A stretch of DNA of 64,000 nt from Lachnospirales bacterium. GTDB lineage: Bacteria > Bacillota > Clostridia > Lachnospirales > CAMZNU01. The DNA lies in the NCBI GenBank assembly GCA_047973385.1, contig JBKEBX010000024.1, positions 5 through 64,004 of the forward strand, read 5' to 3'. The position numbers and the translations under genes are program-made. Every line of letters begins with the position of its first letter. Positions within the stretch are counted from its first letter, which is position 1. This document shows positions 55,700 to 64,000 of this stretch, in pieces. Below the pieces are notes generated by a model. The model ran no database searches and was not told the DNA's origin. It saw only the letters and a program-made list of their open reading frames with translations.

Positions 55700-58150
55700 A
55701 TGATTTTTAAAATAATTCGTAGAAGTCTATTGAAAAAAAGAACTCTTTTTATTACTATTTGTTTTTTGTTTATAATATTTTCAACTATGTTTAGTGCAAG
55801 AGAGCTAACCTTTGGAACTATTAAAGAAAATTTTAAAGAACTTACGAAAAACGCAAATGTAGAAGATTTTAGGCTATATGGTTCTTATAAATATGATGAT
55901 TATTATACTGAAGATTTTATCAATAATATAGAAGAGAGCTATGATATAACCATAGAACGAGAAAATTATATAAAGATAATAAGTGATAATATCTATTATA
56001 GTGTATATGAAACAGAAAATGATAATAAAATCAATATTCCAGTTTTAAATGAAGGTGACTTTGCTGTAAATGCTGGAGAAATAAATGTGTTACCAGGGTT
56101 TTTGAAAGAAAAAGATTTAAAACTTGGAGATGAACTTTCGGTAAATGATAAAAGTTACAAAATAGTTGGTACAGTTTTTCCTCAAGATCAAATTGAGCCA
56201 ATAGAATATACAGATACTAATATAAGTAGTAAAGATTATAATATTTTTGCTCCAATTTACATGAATAAAATAGATTTTAAAAGCTTATATGAAGAACATT
56301 TTGATGAGTCCATTGTTTTTTTTAAAGGCATTTATAATGAACGTCTAGGGCGTAATAAAGATAGTATAGATTCAACTAGAAAATTATATTTTGAAGATAT
56401 ATTAGATGATTCAGAAGATAACTTTGATGTTGATACAGAAATGAATATGGAATATGTTTCAGATAAAGATTTTTACACGTATACAGATACAATGGTTGAT
56501 GAGATAATTGCCAAAAGTTATATAGATAAGTCACCTTTATTTGTTGACTATGTTCCAGCATATTCTAACTCTAGTATAATCGGTGCGACAGACCTTGCTA
56601 ATTCCCAATACACATTATTTTCGATTTTTGTTTTTATACTTTTAGCTATGACCCTAATAATGATTTGCGTTTTGACAACTACAAGTTTTAAATCTTGTAG
56701 GAAAGATATTGGCATATTAAAAGCAGAAGGTGTAAAAAAACGTGAAATATCTAGGAAAGTTTTGTTATTTTATACAGTTGTTTATTTTGTAGCAACAGTT
56801 GTTGGTTTTATACTTTCTATCTTGATAAGTAAGTTTTTCTTATCTTTTTTCATCAATAGCTATGAAGGACCTTTTGGTTTTTCAATGTTTAGTAGTATTT
56901 CGGCAACTTTCAAATTATTTATTTATTTTCTTATTTTGATATTATTTATAGTATATATTTCTTTTAATAAGATTTTTTCTAAAAGACCTATAAACTTAAT
57001 AAAAAATATAGATAAAGAAACTTTGCCGAAACATAGCTATGGTAAAGGTTTTAGTAAATTAAAATTCACCACACAATATCAAATTTCTATTTTACTCAGA
57101 AATTATAAAAGGTCATTATTGCTAGTTTTAGGCATTATGATTTCGGGAACTCTATTTATATTTAGCACAGTTTTTATAGATCAAATTATTCAAATGGCAA
57201 CGGGTGTATTTGATGGAGATTTAACATATAAATATAAAGTTACATCAGTTATAAATGAGTATTTGCCTAGTGAAGATACTTCTATTGAAGCATTAACTAA
57301 AATCAAAAGTATAAATGGTAAAGAGGTAAATGATGTAGAGTTTCTTGTAACAGGACTTAACTACAATAATCCATATATGAATGTTTATAATATAAATGGT
57401 GAAAAAGTAAGTACAACAGATGGCATAGGTATAACTGACGATTTTGCTAAAACTTATGAAATTGGGTTAGGGGATAAAATTACCTTTTATAATCCTTTTG
57501 TAAGTGATGACACAGTAGATGTTGAAGTTACAGAAATTGTAAAGGGTACAGTAGTTCCGACTTTGTATATGTCAACAAGTTTTATGCAAGAAAAGTTTGG
57601 TCTTGAGTCTGATTTTGCAAACACTAAATATTTTGATGAAGAATTAACTCCAGGTGTGCAAAATAAAATTTTAGAAAAAGATCCTAATGCTAAAATAAGT
57701 AAACTTACACCATTATCCGATGAGTTAAAAAGTGGAGCAGGTTCAGTGTATGCACAAATAGGTATGATTATTTTCTTTGCAATTCTTATAGCTTTCTTTA
57801 CACTTTTTAGTATTACAAATATTGTTGTAGATTCAAATAGAAAGACTATTTCTATAATGAAAGTTTTAGGATATAGAGATAAAGAAATTAAAAAAATGAC
57901 CATTGATGCATATAAATGGGTAGCTTTAGTTACTTTTTTGATTTTAGTACCAATTATAAAAATGCTTTTGTTCCAGTCTGAAGGAGTAGGTCAAGACGGG
58001 GGTCAAGTAACTTTACCGTCAAGACTTAATCCGTTACTTATAGGTATTAGTTTTATAGTTATGGCTACAATTTATTATGTTAGTGCAAAGTTATCATATA
58101 ATTCTGTGAAAGATATAAATCCAGCAGAAAGTTTAAAAATTGAAGACTAA
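55700..58150 (+). CDS. ABC transporter permease, FtsX/MacB-like with two FtsX domains
   Basis: About 816 aa. Two 4-TM FtsX-type modules (ILKAEGVKKREI..., IMKVLGYRDKEIKKM) separated by large extracytoplasmic domains. Confidence 0.85.
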   Translation: MIFKIIRRSLLKKRTLFITICFLFIIFSTMFSARELTFGTIKENFKELTKNANVEDFRLYGSYKYDDYYTEDFINNIEESYDITIERENYIKIISDNIYYSVYETENDNKINIPVLNEGDFAVNAGEINVLPGFLKEKDLKLGDELSVNDKSYKIVGTVFPQDQIEPIEYTDTNISSKDYNIFAPIYMNKIDFKSLYEEHFDESIVFFKGIYNERLGRNKDSIDSTRKLYFEDILDDSEDNFDVDTEMNMEYVSDKDFYTYTDTMVDEIIAKSYIDKSPLFVDYVPAYSNSSIIGATDLANSQYTLFSIFVFILLAMTLIMICVLTTTSFKSCRKDIGILKAEGVKKREISRKVLLFYTVVYFVATVVGFILSILISKFFLSFFINSYEGPFGFSMFSSISATFKLFIYFLILILFIVYISFNKIFSKRPINLIKNIDKETLPKHSYGKGFSKLKFTTQYQISILLRNYKRSLLLVLGIMISGTLFIFSTVFIDQIIQMATGVFDGDLTYKYKVTSVINEYLPSEDTSIEALTKIKSINGKEVNDVEFLVTGLNYNNPYMNVYNINGEKVSTTDGIGITDDFAKTYEIGLGDKITFYNPFVSDDTVDVEVTEIVKGTVVPTLYMSTSFMQEKFGLESDFANTKYFDEELTPGVQNKILEKDPNAKISKLTPLSDELKSGAGSVYAQIGMIIFFAILIAFFTLFSITNIVVDSNRKTISIMKVLGYRDKEIKKMTIDAYKWVALVTFLILVPIIKMLLFQSEGVGQDGGQVTLPSRLNPLLIGISFIVMATIYYVSAKLSYNSVKDINPAESLKIED

Positions 58151-58174
58151 AGGTCAACTCTAAAATATTAAAAT

Positions 58175-58224
58175 GGAGCTGTAAGAAATCTCATATTATG
58201 TGAGTTTCCTTACAGTCCTTTTTT
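58175..58224. terminator. Imperfect bidirectional terminator hairpin
   Basis: GGAGCTGTAAGAAATCTCATAT-TATG-TGAGTTTCCTTACAGTCC followed by TTTTTTG. The core is about 85% identical to the hairpin at 10061-10105. Confidence 0.6.
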
Positions 58225-58225
58225 G

Positions 58226-60295
58226 TTACTCACTTGTAACAATTACATTAAATTTGCTTACAACTTCAGGGCTATCCGATAAATACATTTTATATAATGT
58301 ATAGTTTGATTTATAAATTTCATCTTCAACCTTTAGAATTTTTTTAGAAATATTGTTAAAATATACAAAACTTGCAATTGCCTCATCGGAAATTATTTTA
58401 CTAATATTGTCTATATCGCCAGTATCACTCGCAAATTTTCCACTTAAATCAATGTTTAGTGTATAGTTTATTTTATTATCCGTTAATTCAACTCTATCTT
58501 TTTTAGAATAATCTTTTATAATAAAATCATTATCAATAACTAAATCTTTTTGAATATTTTTATCCCCCTCTATAAACATATACCCTCTTGTATATTTTTC
58601 ATCACTTTCTAGAACATGATTATTATTTATAAATATATTTCCTGTATCTGATATAAAGGTATCATCATCTACTTTTATATTATTTAAGATGAAAAAGTCA
58701 TAGTTACTTTGGTTATATAAAAGCTCAGACACATTACTTGAAAAGGCAAGTTTTTCAATGGTAAAGCCCTTTGATATAATTGTTTTTATATTTTCAAAAT
58801 TATAATCACAAGTGTATATATTACTTTTACGGCTAAGTTCAGTATTGTTATAAAATAAATCTATAAGTTCATTTACATGAGTTTCATTTTTGTAAAAATT
58901 CTCTCCAAGTATAAGAGTTTTTGTATGACTGAAATCTAAAGTGCTAGTTGTTTTGTTATCAAGTAGCTTTATAGCTTCTATAATGGAACTACCCTCTGCT
59001 GTAATTATATTAGCTTCATTTTCTTGTTCATTTTTAACATAGGCATCAAGGGGTGCAGTGAATAAATGTAAGGTGTATTTGTTATCTTCATAGGTTATAT
59101 ATAGACTTTCTACAAAGTCACGGCTACTAATGTTTGCTTTAGTACATGAACTTAAAAGTATAGAGGATATACAAAGAGTAATTACACTAAGTTTAATTTT
59201 ATTTTTATTTCTAAAAATTTTTCTTATAAAAAAAATAAATATGCAAACAAAAGGTATACATAGTAAAAAAAATAAGTTAAAAGAAAAAATTATAATACCT
59301 ACAAGTTTAATGTTTAAGTATTTATTAATAAATAAAGTAATAAGAAAGGTTGTAATAACTAAGATTTCATCAATTTTAACTTTAGATGAGCTTTTTATAT
59401 TTTTAAACAAAATAGAAGAATAGAAAAGCCCGGCTGAAATTGTAAAAACACTGCCAACTATCCATAAAGAAAAAACAAGAGCATCTTGACGTTCTATAAA
59501 ATCAAAGGGTAAAGTTATTGAATTTAAAATCATAAGAACAGGATAGTTTTCTTCTAACATTTGTTTGTTAAAAACGATTATAGTTATTAAAGTTGTTATA
59601 GATGTAAAAATAGTTGTAGCCATAACAGTATAAAGAGAAGCTTTTTGAAATTCGTCCTTGTTTTTTAAAAATGGTATCAATATATATATATATTCAAGTC
59701 CAGAAAAAGCCATAAGTCCAAAATATATAGAATATGATAGGTTTTTGTTATTGTTATTGAGGTTTATTCCTATGGGGAAAATATTTGTATAGTCTGCATC
59801 AAAACTTACAATAATAAAAAAAATAGCGAAAACTATAAGTAGTATAATAGCTAAAAATTCAGCAAGTCGACCTCTTGTTTCGATACCTTTTTTTGAGAAG
59901 TAATAACAAAAGGAAATCACTAATATATAAATTACAATTTTTGATGATTTAGGTAGTAAAATACTTGTAACTAAAGTTGTAAAATAACTTAGTTCATAGG
60001 ATATAAAAAGTATATTTTTAATTATAAATAACCAGATTATAATGCTACTTATTTTGCCAAAATATCCTTGTAAAAAACCAAGATATGAGTAACAATCATC
60101 TTTTTTATATAAAAACAAATAGGTAGAAAGAGCAAGGTAAACTATAAGTCCTGAAATGAAAACTATAATCCAACTATCTTGTTTTGTATAGTTATATAAA
60201 ATACTAGGTAATGCTAAAAAAGAAGTACTAAATATTTCTAAAACTAAAATACATATAAGCTGATGCATTGATATTTTTTTATTAGATAAATTCAT
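58226..60295 (-). CDS. Spore germination receptor GerAB-like permease fused in-frame to a GerAC-like lipoprotein domain
   Basis: 689 aa. Residues 1 to ~360 form a 10-TM GerAB/APC-type permease. They are followed by ...RNKNKIKLSVITLCISSILLSSC(384)TKANISSRDF..., a signal-peptide/lipobox-like segment, and then a ~300-aa GerAC-type domain. Confidence 0.8.
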   Translation of the reverse strand: MNLSNKKISMHQLICILVLEIFSTSFLALPSILYNYTKQDSWIIVFISGLIVYLALSTYLFLYKKDDCYSYLGFLQGYFGKISSIIIWLFIIKNILFISYELSYFTTLVTSILLPKSSKIVIYILVISFCYYFSKKGIETRGRLAEFLAIILLIVFAIFFIIVSFDADYTNIFPIGINLNNNNKNLSYSIYFGLMAFSGLEYIYILIPFLKNKDEFQKASLYTVMATTIFTSITTLITIIVFNKQMLEENYPVLMILNSITLPFDFIERQDALVFSLWIVGSVFTISAGLFYSSILFKNIKSSSKVKIDEILVITTFLITLFINKYLNIKLVGIIIFSFNLFFLLCIPFVCIFIFFIRKIFRNKNKIKLSVITLCISSILLSSCTKANISSRDFVESLYITYEDNKYTLHLFTAPLDAYVKNEQENEANIITAEGSSIIEAIKLLDNKTTSTLDFSHTKTLILGENFYKNETHVNELIDLFYNNTELSRKSNIYTCDYNFENIKTIISKGFTIEKLAFSSNVSELLYNQSNYDFFILNNIKVDDDTFISDTGNIFINNNHVLESDEKYTRGYMFIEGDKNIQKDLVIDNDFIIKDYSKKDRVELTDNKINYTLNIDLSGKFASDTGDIDNISKIISDEAIASFVYFNNISKKILKVEDEIYKSNYTLYKMYLSDSPEVVSKFNVIVTSE

Positions 60296-60296
60296 T

Positions 60297-61790
60297 TTAA
60301 AACTCCTTTTTTTGTCTAGTTTTTTGACTATCCTTAGCGAAGATAGGGCGTTTAATCATTTTTGTAAAAGGCATTCTTATAAGAGTGTCTTGGTGAGGCT
60401 CAAAATCATTGTTAGAACTTACAAAAGGATACATGTAAGGTATTCCAAAACTGTTAAGTGACATTAAATGAATTAAAAGGGTTAGCATTGATAAAGTTAA
60501 CCCTAAAAAACCAAACAAACCACTCATTATTGTTATAAAGTATTTTACAAGTCTTATTCCGTTAGTTAGGGCAATACTTGGTATAGCAAAGGTTGAAATT
60601 GCAGTTAAAGCCACAACTATAACAACTGTAGGTGAAGTAAGTCCAGCCTCAACAGCTGATTGACCTATTATAAGTCCTCCAACAATTCCAAGAGTTCCAC
60701 CTACTCGACTAGGCAGCCTAAGCCCTGCTTCACGAAGAAGTTCAAAAGCAAGTTCCATAACTAACATTTCAACAAGTGGCGTAAAGGGTACAGTTGTTCT
60801 TGTTCCAGCAATTTTAAACATTAAATCTCGACTTATAAGAGATGGGTGAAAGATGGTTATAGCAAGGAAAATACCAGGTAGTCCAATAGATATAATAAAG
60901 GCTAAAAATCTAAGTATTCTAAGTGATGAAGAAAGGAAAAAGTTATCATAATAATCCTCACTACTTTGAAAAAATACTGAAAAGATTGTAGGTAAAATCA
61001 TTACTTGAGGAGTATTATCCATTATAAGTACAATTCTGCCTTCTAAAAGTGCCGAACTTGCTTTATCAGGTCTTTCAGTTTTTTGTACTTGAGGAAAGGG
61101 GCTTTTGTTCCTACCAAACAAAAGTTCCTCAAAGTAGCATAAGTCCAAAACTGCATCAATATTTAAGCTTTCAATCATTTGTATGATTTTATCTACTAAT
61201 TCCTTATAAGCAATATCTTCTATATACATTACACCAATATCAGTTTTACTTCTTCTACCAACCTTAGTTTGATAAATCTTAAGTCTAGTATCTTTTATTC
61301 TACGGCGAATTAAAACGGAGTTAAACCTAAAGACTTCTGAAAAACTTTCTCTTGAACCCTCAAGAACAACTTCGTTTTCAGCTGATTGTATTCCCCTATT
61401 AGGAAAACCCTTTGTAGATATAATAAGTGCCCTTGTAGAATTTTCAACTAAAACAAGTGTATCTCCTGATAAAATGGCATCTAAAACTTTATCAAGATTT
61501 GTTTCCTCTACATAATCAACTGTTGTAATCCCTTGTTTTTTTACAAGGTCATATATGTTTTTATCATCTTTGTCAAGAAAGGTAAGAGCTTCTTTCATTC
61601 CAATTACAATAGATTCAACAACAGAATGTTCAATAAGTTTTCTATCTGTCATTAAATCAAAGTAACATAAATATACTTTTATATCGTGGTTTTTTCCAAC
61701 AAATAATTCTTTTTCAACTAAATCATTACAGTCAATAAGTTTATCACGTAGAAAATTAATATTACAATTTATTTCACTAGATACATTCAT
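60297..61790 (-). CDS. Spore germination protein, GerAA/GerKA family
   Basis: 497 aa. Soluble N-domain plus C-terminal TM bundle (PLVEMLVMELAFELLREAGLRLP, GIVGGLIIGQ). One nucleotide separates it from the downstream gene. Confidence 0.9.
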   Translation of the reverse strand: MNVSSEINCNINFLRDKLIDCNDLVEKELFVGKNHDIKVYLCYFDLMTDRKLIEHSVVESIVIGMKEALTFLDKDDKNIYDLVKKQGITTVDYVEETNLDKVLDAILSGDTLVLVENSTRALIISTKGFPNRGIQSAENEVVLEGSRESFSEVFRFNSVLIRRRIKDTRLKIYQTKVGRRSKTDIGVMYIEDIAYKELVDKIIQMIESLNIDAVLDLCYFEELLFGRNKSPFPQVQKTERPDKASSALLEGRIVLIMDNTPQVMILPTIFSVFFQSSEDYYDNFFLSSSLRILRFLAFIISIGLPGIFLAITIFHPSLISRDLMFKIAGTRTTVPFTPLVEMLVMELAFELLREAGLRLPSRVGGTLGIVGGLIIGQSAVEAGLTSPTVVIVVALTAISTFAIPSIALTNGIRLVKYFITIMSGLFGFLGLTLSMLTLLIHLMSLNSFGIPYMYPFVSSNNDFEPHQDTLIRMPFTKMIKRPIFAKDSQKTRQKKEF

Positions 61791-61901
61791 TTTTTATCCT
61801 CCTAATGATAAAAGTATAGTCTATAAAACATGGGTTTAAACAGCAAAAATGTTAAATTTTTCAACTCAATAAATTTATTTGCAATTTTTTTGCAAAAACC
61901 C

Positions 61902-61930
61902 TTGACAAAAAAGCCGTTATTTGTTAATAT
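61902..61930 (+). promoter_or_regulatory. Sigma-A-type promoter for the tRNA-Glu/tRNA-Cys pair
   Basis: TTGACA (61902-61907), 17-nt spacer, TAATAT (61925-61930). Confidence 0.55.
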
Positions 61931-61965
61931 ATAAAAGTACTTTATAAAAAGTATGACTATTTTAC

Positions 61966-62038
61966 GGCCCGTTGGTCAAGGGGTTTAAGACACCGCCCTT
62001 TCACGGCGGTAACATGGGTTCGAATCCCATACGGGTCA
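61966..62038 (+). tRNA. tRNA-Glu (anticodon TTC)
   Basis: GGCCCGTTGGTCAAGGGGTTTAAGACACCGCCCTTTCACGGCGGTAACATGGGTTCGAATCCCATACGGGTCA. CTTTCAC anticodon loop. Confidence 0.95.
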
Positions 62039-62050
62039 TTTTTTTAAATT

Positions 62051-62121
62051 GGCGCCATAGCCAAGGGGTAAGGCACGGGTCTGCAACACCCTTATCCCCA
62101 GTTCAAATCTGGGTGGCGCCT
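62051..62121 (+). tRNA. tRNA-Cys (anticodon GCA)
   Basis: GGCGCCATAGCCAAGGGGTAAGGCACGGGTCTGCAACACCCTTATCCCCAGTTCAAATCTGGGTGGCGCCT. CTGCAAC anticodon loop. Confidence 0.93.
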
Positions 62122-62131
62122 TAAAACATAA

Positions 62132-62164
62132 AATTCCTTTATTTTTGATAAAGGAATTTTTTTA
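62132..62164 (+). terminator. Rho-independent terminator after the tRNA pair
   Basis: AATTCCTTTAT-TTTTG-ATAAAGGAATT followed by TTTTTTT. Confidence 0.8.
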
Positions 62165-62187
62165 TTATATTTTATTGTAAAGGTATA

Positions 62188-62266
62188 TTTGGCGACTTTG
62201 CAAAAGTATGAAAATTTGGTTTTTCTTTTGCAATGTACCGTTGTTTCAATTTTCTGGCGTTTACAT
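62188..62266 (+). repeat. Dispersed intergenic repeat, copy E6 (short form)
   Basis: TTTGGCGACTTTGCAAAAGTATGAAAATTTGGTTTTTCTTTTGCAATGTACCGTTGTTTCAATTTTCTGGCGTTTACAT. Confidence 0.75.
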
Positions 62267-62396
62267 TTTTATAGTTTACGTTGTTTGAAACAGGATAATT
62301 GTAAAAAATTTATTATTTATCTAGTAAATTATTATAAATTATGATACAATGAAAAACGAGTGAGTTATAAAGATATAGATTTAATGAGGTGGTTTT

Positions 62397-63239
62397 TTGA
62401 TAAAAAGTGAAAACTTAACTTTCGAATATGTAAAAGAGACTTTAGAAGGAAATACTGAAGTAACTAAAGCATTAAAATCCGTAAGTATAAATATAGAAGA
62501 GGGTGAATTTGTTGCTATTTTAGGACATAATGGTAGTGGTAAATCTACCTTTGCAAAATGTTTAAATGGATTACTTCTAGTAAAAGATGGTGTTCTGTTT
62601 GTAAATGGGCTAAACGCTAGAAATGAAGAAGATGTATGGGATATACGTCAAAAGGTTGGCATGGTTTTTCAAAACCCAGATAATCAAATTGTAGCTACGA
62701 TTGTTGAAGATGATGTTGCTTTTGGTTGTGAAAACTTAGGTATAGAAAGTGATGAAATACGAGAACGTGTTGACAATGCACTTAACTGGGTTGGTATGTA
62801 TGAGCATAAAAACAAAGCTCCAAACCTTTTATCTGGTGGACAAAAACAAAGAGTTGCCATAGCAGGAATACTTGCTATGAAACCAAAATGTATAATATTT
62901 GACGAATCAACGGCTATGCTTGACCCAAAGGGCAGAAAAGATATTTTGAGTGTTATGCATAGACTTAATAAAGAAGAAGATATTACAATAATTTTAATTA
63001 CTCATTATATGGATGAAGTTGTAAATGCCGATAGGGTCTATGTTATGAACGAGGGTGAAGTTGCTCTAAAGGGTACTCCTAAGGAGATTTTTTCAGAATA
63101 TGATAAAATAACTGAACTTGGTCTTGAAGTTCCTATAGTTGCAAAAATTGCCCATGAACTTAGAAAAAAGGGCATTGATATTCCAAAGGATGTTTTAGAA
63201 ATAGATGAAATGGTGGAGTTTTTATGTCAATACAAATAG
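62397..63239 (+). CDS. ecfA1: Energy-coupling factor (ECF) transporter ATPase EcfA1
   Basis: 280 aa. GHNGSGKST, LSGGQKQRVAIAG and IFDESTAMLDP. It is followed by a second ATPase, as in ecfA1-ecfA2-ecfT operons. TTG start. Confidence 0.9.
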   Translation: MIKSENLTFEYVKETLEGNTEVTKALKSVSINIEEGEFVAILGHNGSGKSTFAKCLNGLLLVKDGVLFVNGLNARNEEDVWDIRQKVGMVFQNPDNQIVATIVEDDVAFGCENLGIESDEIRERVDNALNWVGMYEHKNKAPNLLSGGQKQRVAIAGILAMKPKCIIFDESTAMLDPKGRKDILSVMHRLNKEEDITIILITHYMDEVVNADRVYVMNEGEVALKGTPKEIFSEYDKITELGLEVPIVAKIAHELRKKGIDIPKDVLEIDEMVEFLCQYK

Positions 63240-64000
63240 AAAATTTACAACACATATATAATCAGGGAACACCTTTTGAAAGTGTTGCCTTAAAAGATAT
63301 TAATTTGGAAATTGAGCATAATGATTTTGTTGCAATTATAGGTTCAACAGGTTCAGGTAAATCCACTTTAATACAGCATTTAAATGGACTTTTAAAAGCT
63401 ACAAATTCTGATTGTAAAATAAATATTTATGGTAAGGACTTATATAAAGATAAGTTATCTTTAAAGGAAATTAGACGTAAAGTAGGTATAGTTTTTCAAT
63501 ATCCAGAACATCAACTTTTTGAAACAACAGTTTTTAAAGATGTTGCTTTTGGTCCAAAAAACATTGGATTTTCAGAAGATGAAGTTGAAAAAAGTGTAAA
63601 ATATGCCTTAAGTCTTGTAGGAATAGGTGAGGAGTTTTACGAGAAATCTCCTTTTGAATTATCTGGAGGACAAAAAAGAAAGGTTGCAATAGCAGGTGTT
63701 ATAGCTATGAAACCTGAAGTTTTAGTTTTAGATGAGCCTGTTGCAGGACTTGACCCAAAGTCTAAAAATGATTTATTCAACACTATTAGACAAATGAAAA
63801 AAGAACTTAATATTACTATTATATTGGTATCTCATAGTATGGATGATGTTTCAGAAATTGCAGATAAAGTTATTGTTATGGATAAAGGTACTGTAGTTAT
63901 TTATGATGAGATGAAAAAAGTTTTTTCTCAAAAAGAGAAACTTAAAGAGATAGATTTGGATATTCCAGAGGCTACTAAACTGCTTAGTGCTTTAAAGAAT
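63224..64000 (+). CDS. ecfA2: ECF transporter ATPase EcfA2 (partial, runs off the window)
   Basis: Not in the ORF track because it is open-ended. ATG at 63224 gives MSIQIENLQHIYNQGTPFESVALKDINLEIEHNDFVAIIGSTGSGKSTLIQHLNGL...LSGGQKRKVAIAGV...LVLDEPVAGLDP. Confidence 0.88.
   Translation, partial: MSIQIENLQHIYNQGTPFESVALKDINLEIEHNDFVAIIGSTGSGKSTLIQHLNGLLKATNSDCKINIYGKDLYKDKLSLKEIRRKVGIVFQYPEHQLFETTVFKDVAFGPKNIGFSEDEVEKSVKYALSLVGIGEEFYEKSPFELSGGQKRKVAIAGVIAMKPEVLVLDEPVAGLDPKSKNDLFNTIRQMKKELNITIILVSHSMDDVSEIADKVIVMDKGTVVIYDEMKKVFSQKEKLKEIDLDIPEATKLLSALKN

Noticed and set aside
1-64000. Search for mobile elements, prophage, CRISPR-cas, toxin-antitoxin or known defence systems.
   Set aside because: I found no transposase, integrase, recombinase, phage structural, cas, restriction-modification or recognisable TA genes among the ORFs. 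The only accessory-looking modules are the SdpRI-like pair, the GntR/ABC operon, the MacB-type ABC pair and the Ger receptor.

Overview
Very AT-rich, Clostridia-type Firmicute chromosome segment centred on the replication origin. On the minus strand: ParB/Noc-like, rsmG, (a plus-strand polysaccharide deacetylase), mnmG, mnmE, jag, yidC, yidD, rnpA, rpmH, then a GntR/ABC module. Next comes a ~1.1 kb oriC with DnaA boxes and an extreme-AT tract (30571-31691), then dnaA-dnaN-yaaA-recF on the plus strand, followed unusually by soj-spo0J rather than gyrB-gyrA. The flanks are mostly housekeeping: nfo, mgsA, pcrA, tyrS, two lepB, glmU, trpS, pgi, malQ, pgcA, asnA, mgtC, galK-galT, ung, ppk1, a MacB-type ABC pair, a GerA-type germinant receptor and ecfA1/ecfA2, plus 4 tRNAs (fMet, Ser-GCU, Glu-UUC, Cys-GCA). 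I saw no transposase, integrase, phage, cas or recognisable defence genes. Observations worth a second look: (1) an ogt/MGMT gene whose catalytic Cys codon is an in-frame TGA followed by a SECIS-like hairpin, making it a candidate selenoprotein or else a pseudogene. (2) An 81-bp double-hairpin tandem repeat carrying extended -10-like boxes, present as arrays at four loci (471, 2171, 20179, 35559). Two arrays in inverted orientation bracket the origin core, and one sits directly upstream of soj-spo0J. (3) A second DnaA-box cluster in a 738-bp non-coding gap at 12.0-12.75 kb. (4) A second, dispersed modular intergenic repeat family with at least 6 copies. (5) Smaller items: a GerAB-GerAC gene fusion, a DnaA with a short atypical N-terminus, and a rhomboid homologue with Thr at the catalytic Ser position. 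All calls come from reading the sequence and ORF track by eye. No database search, folding or skew computation was possible.
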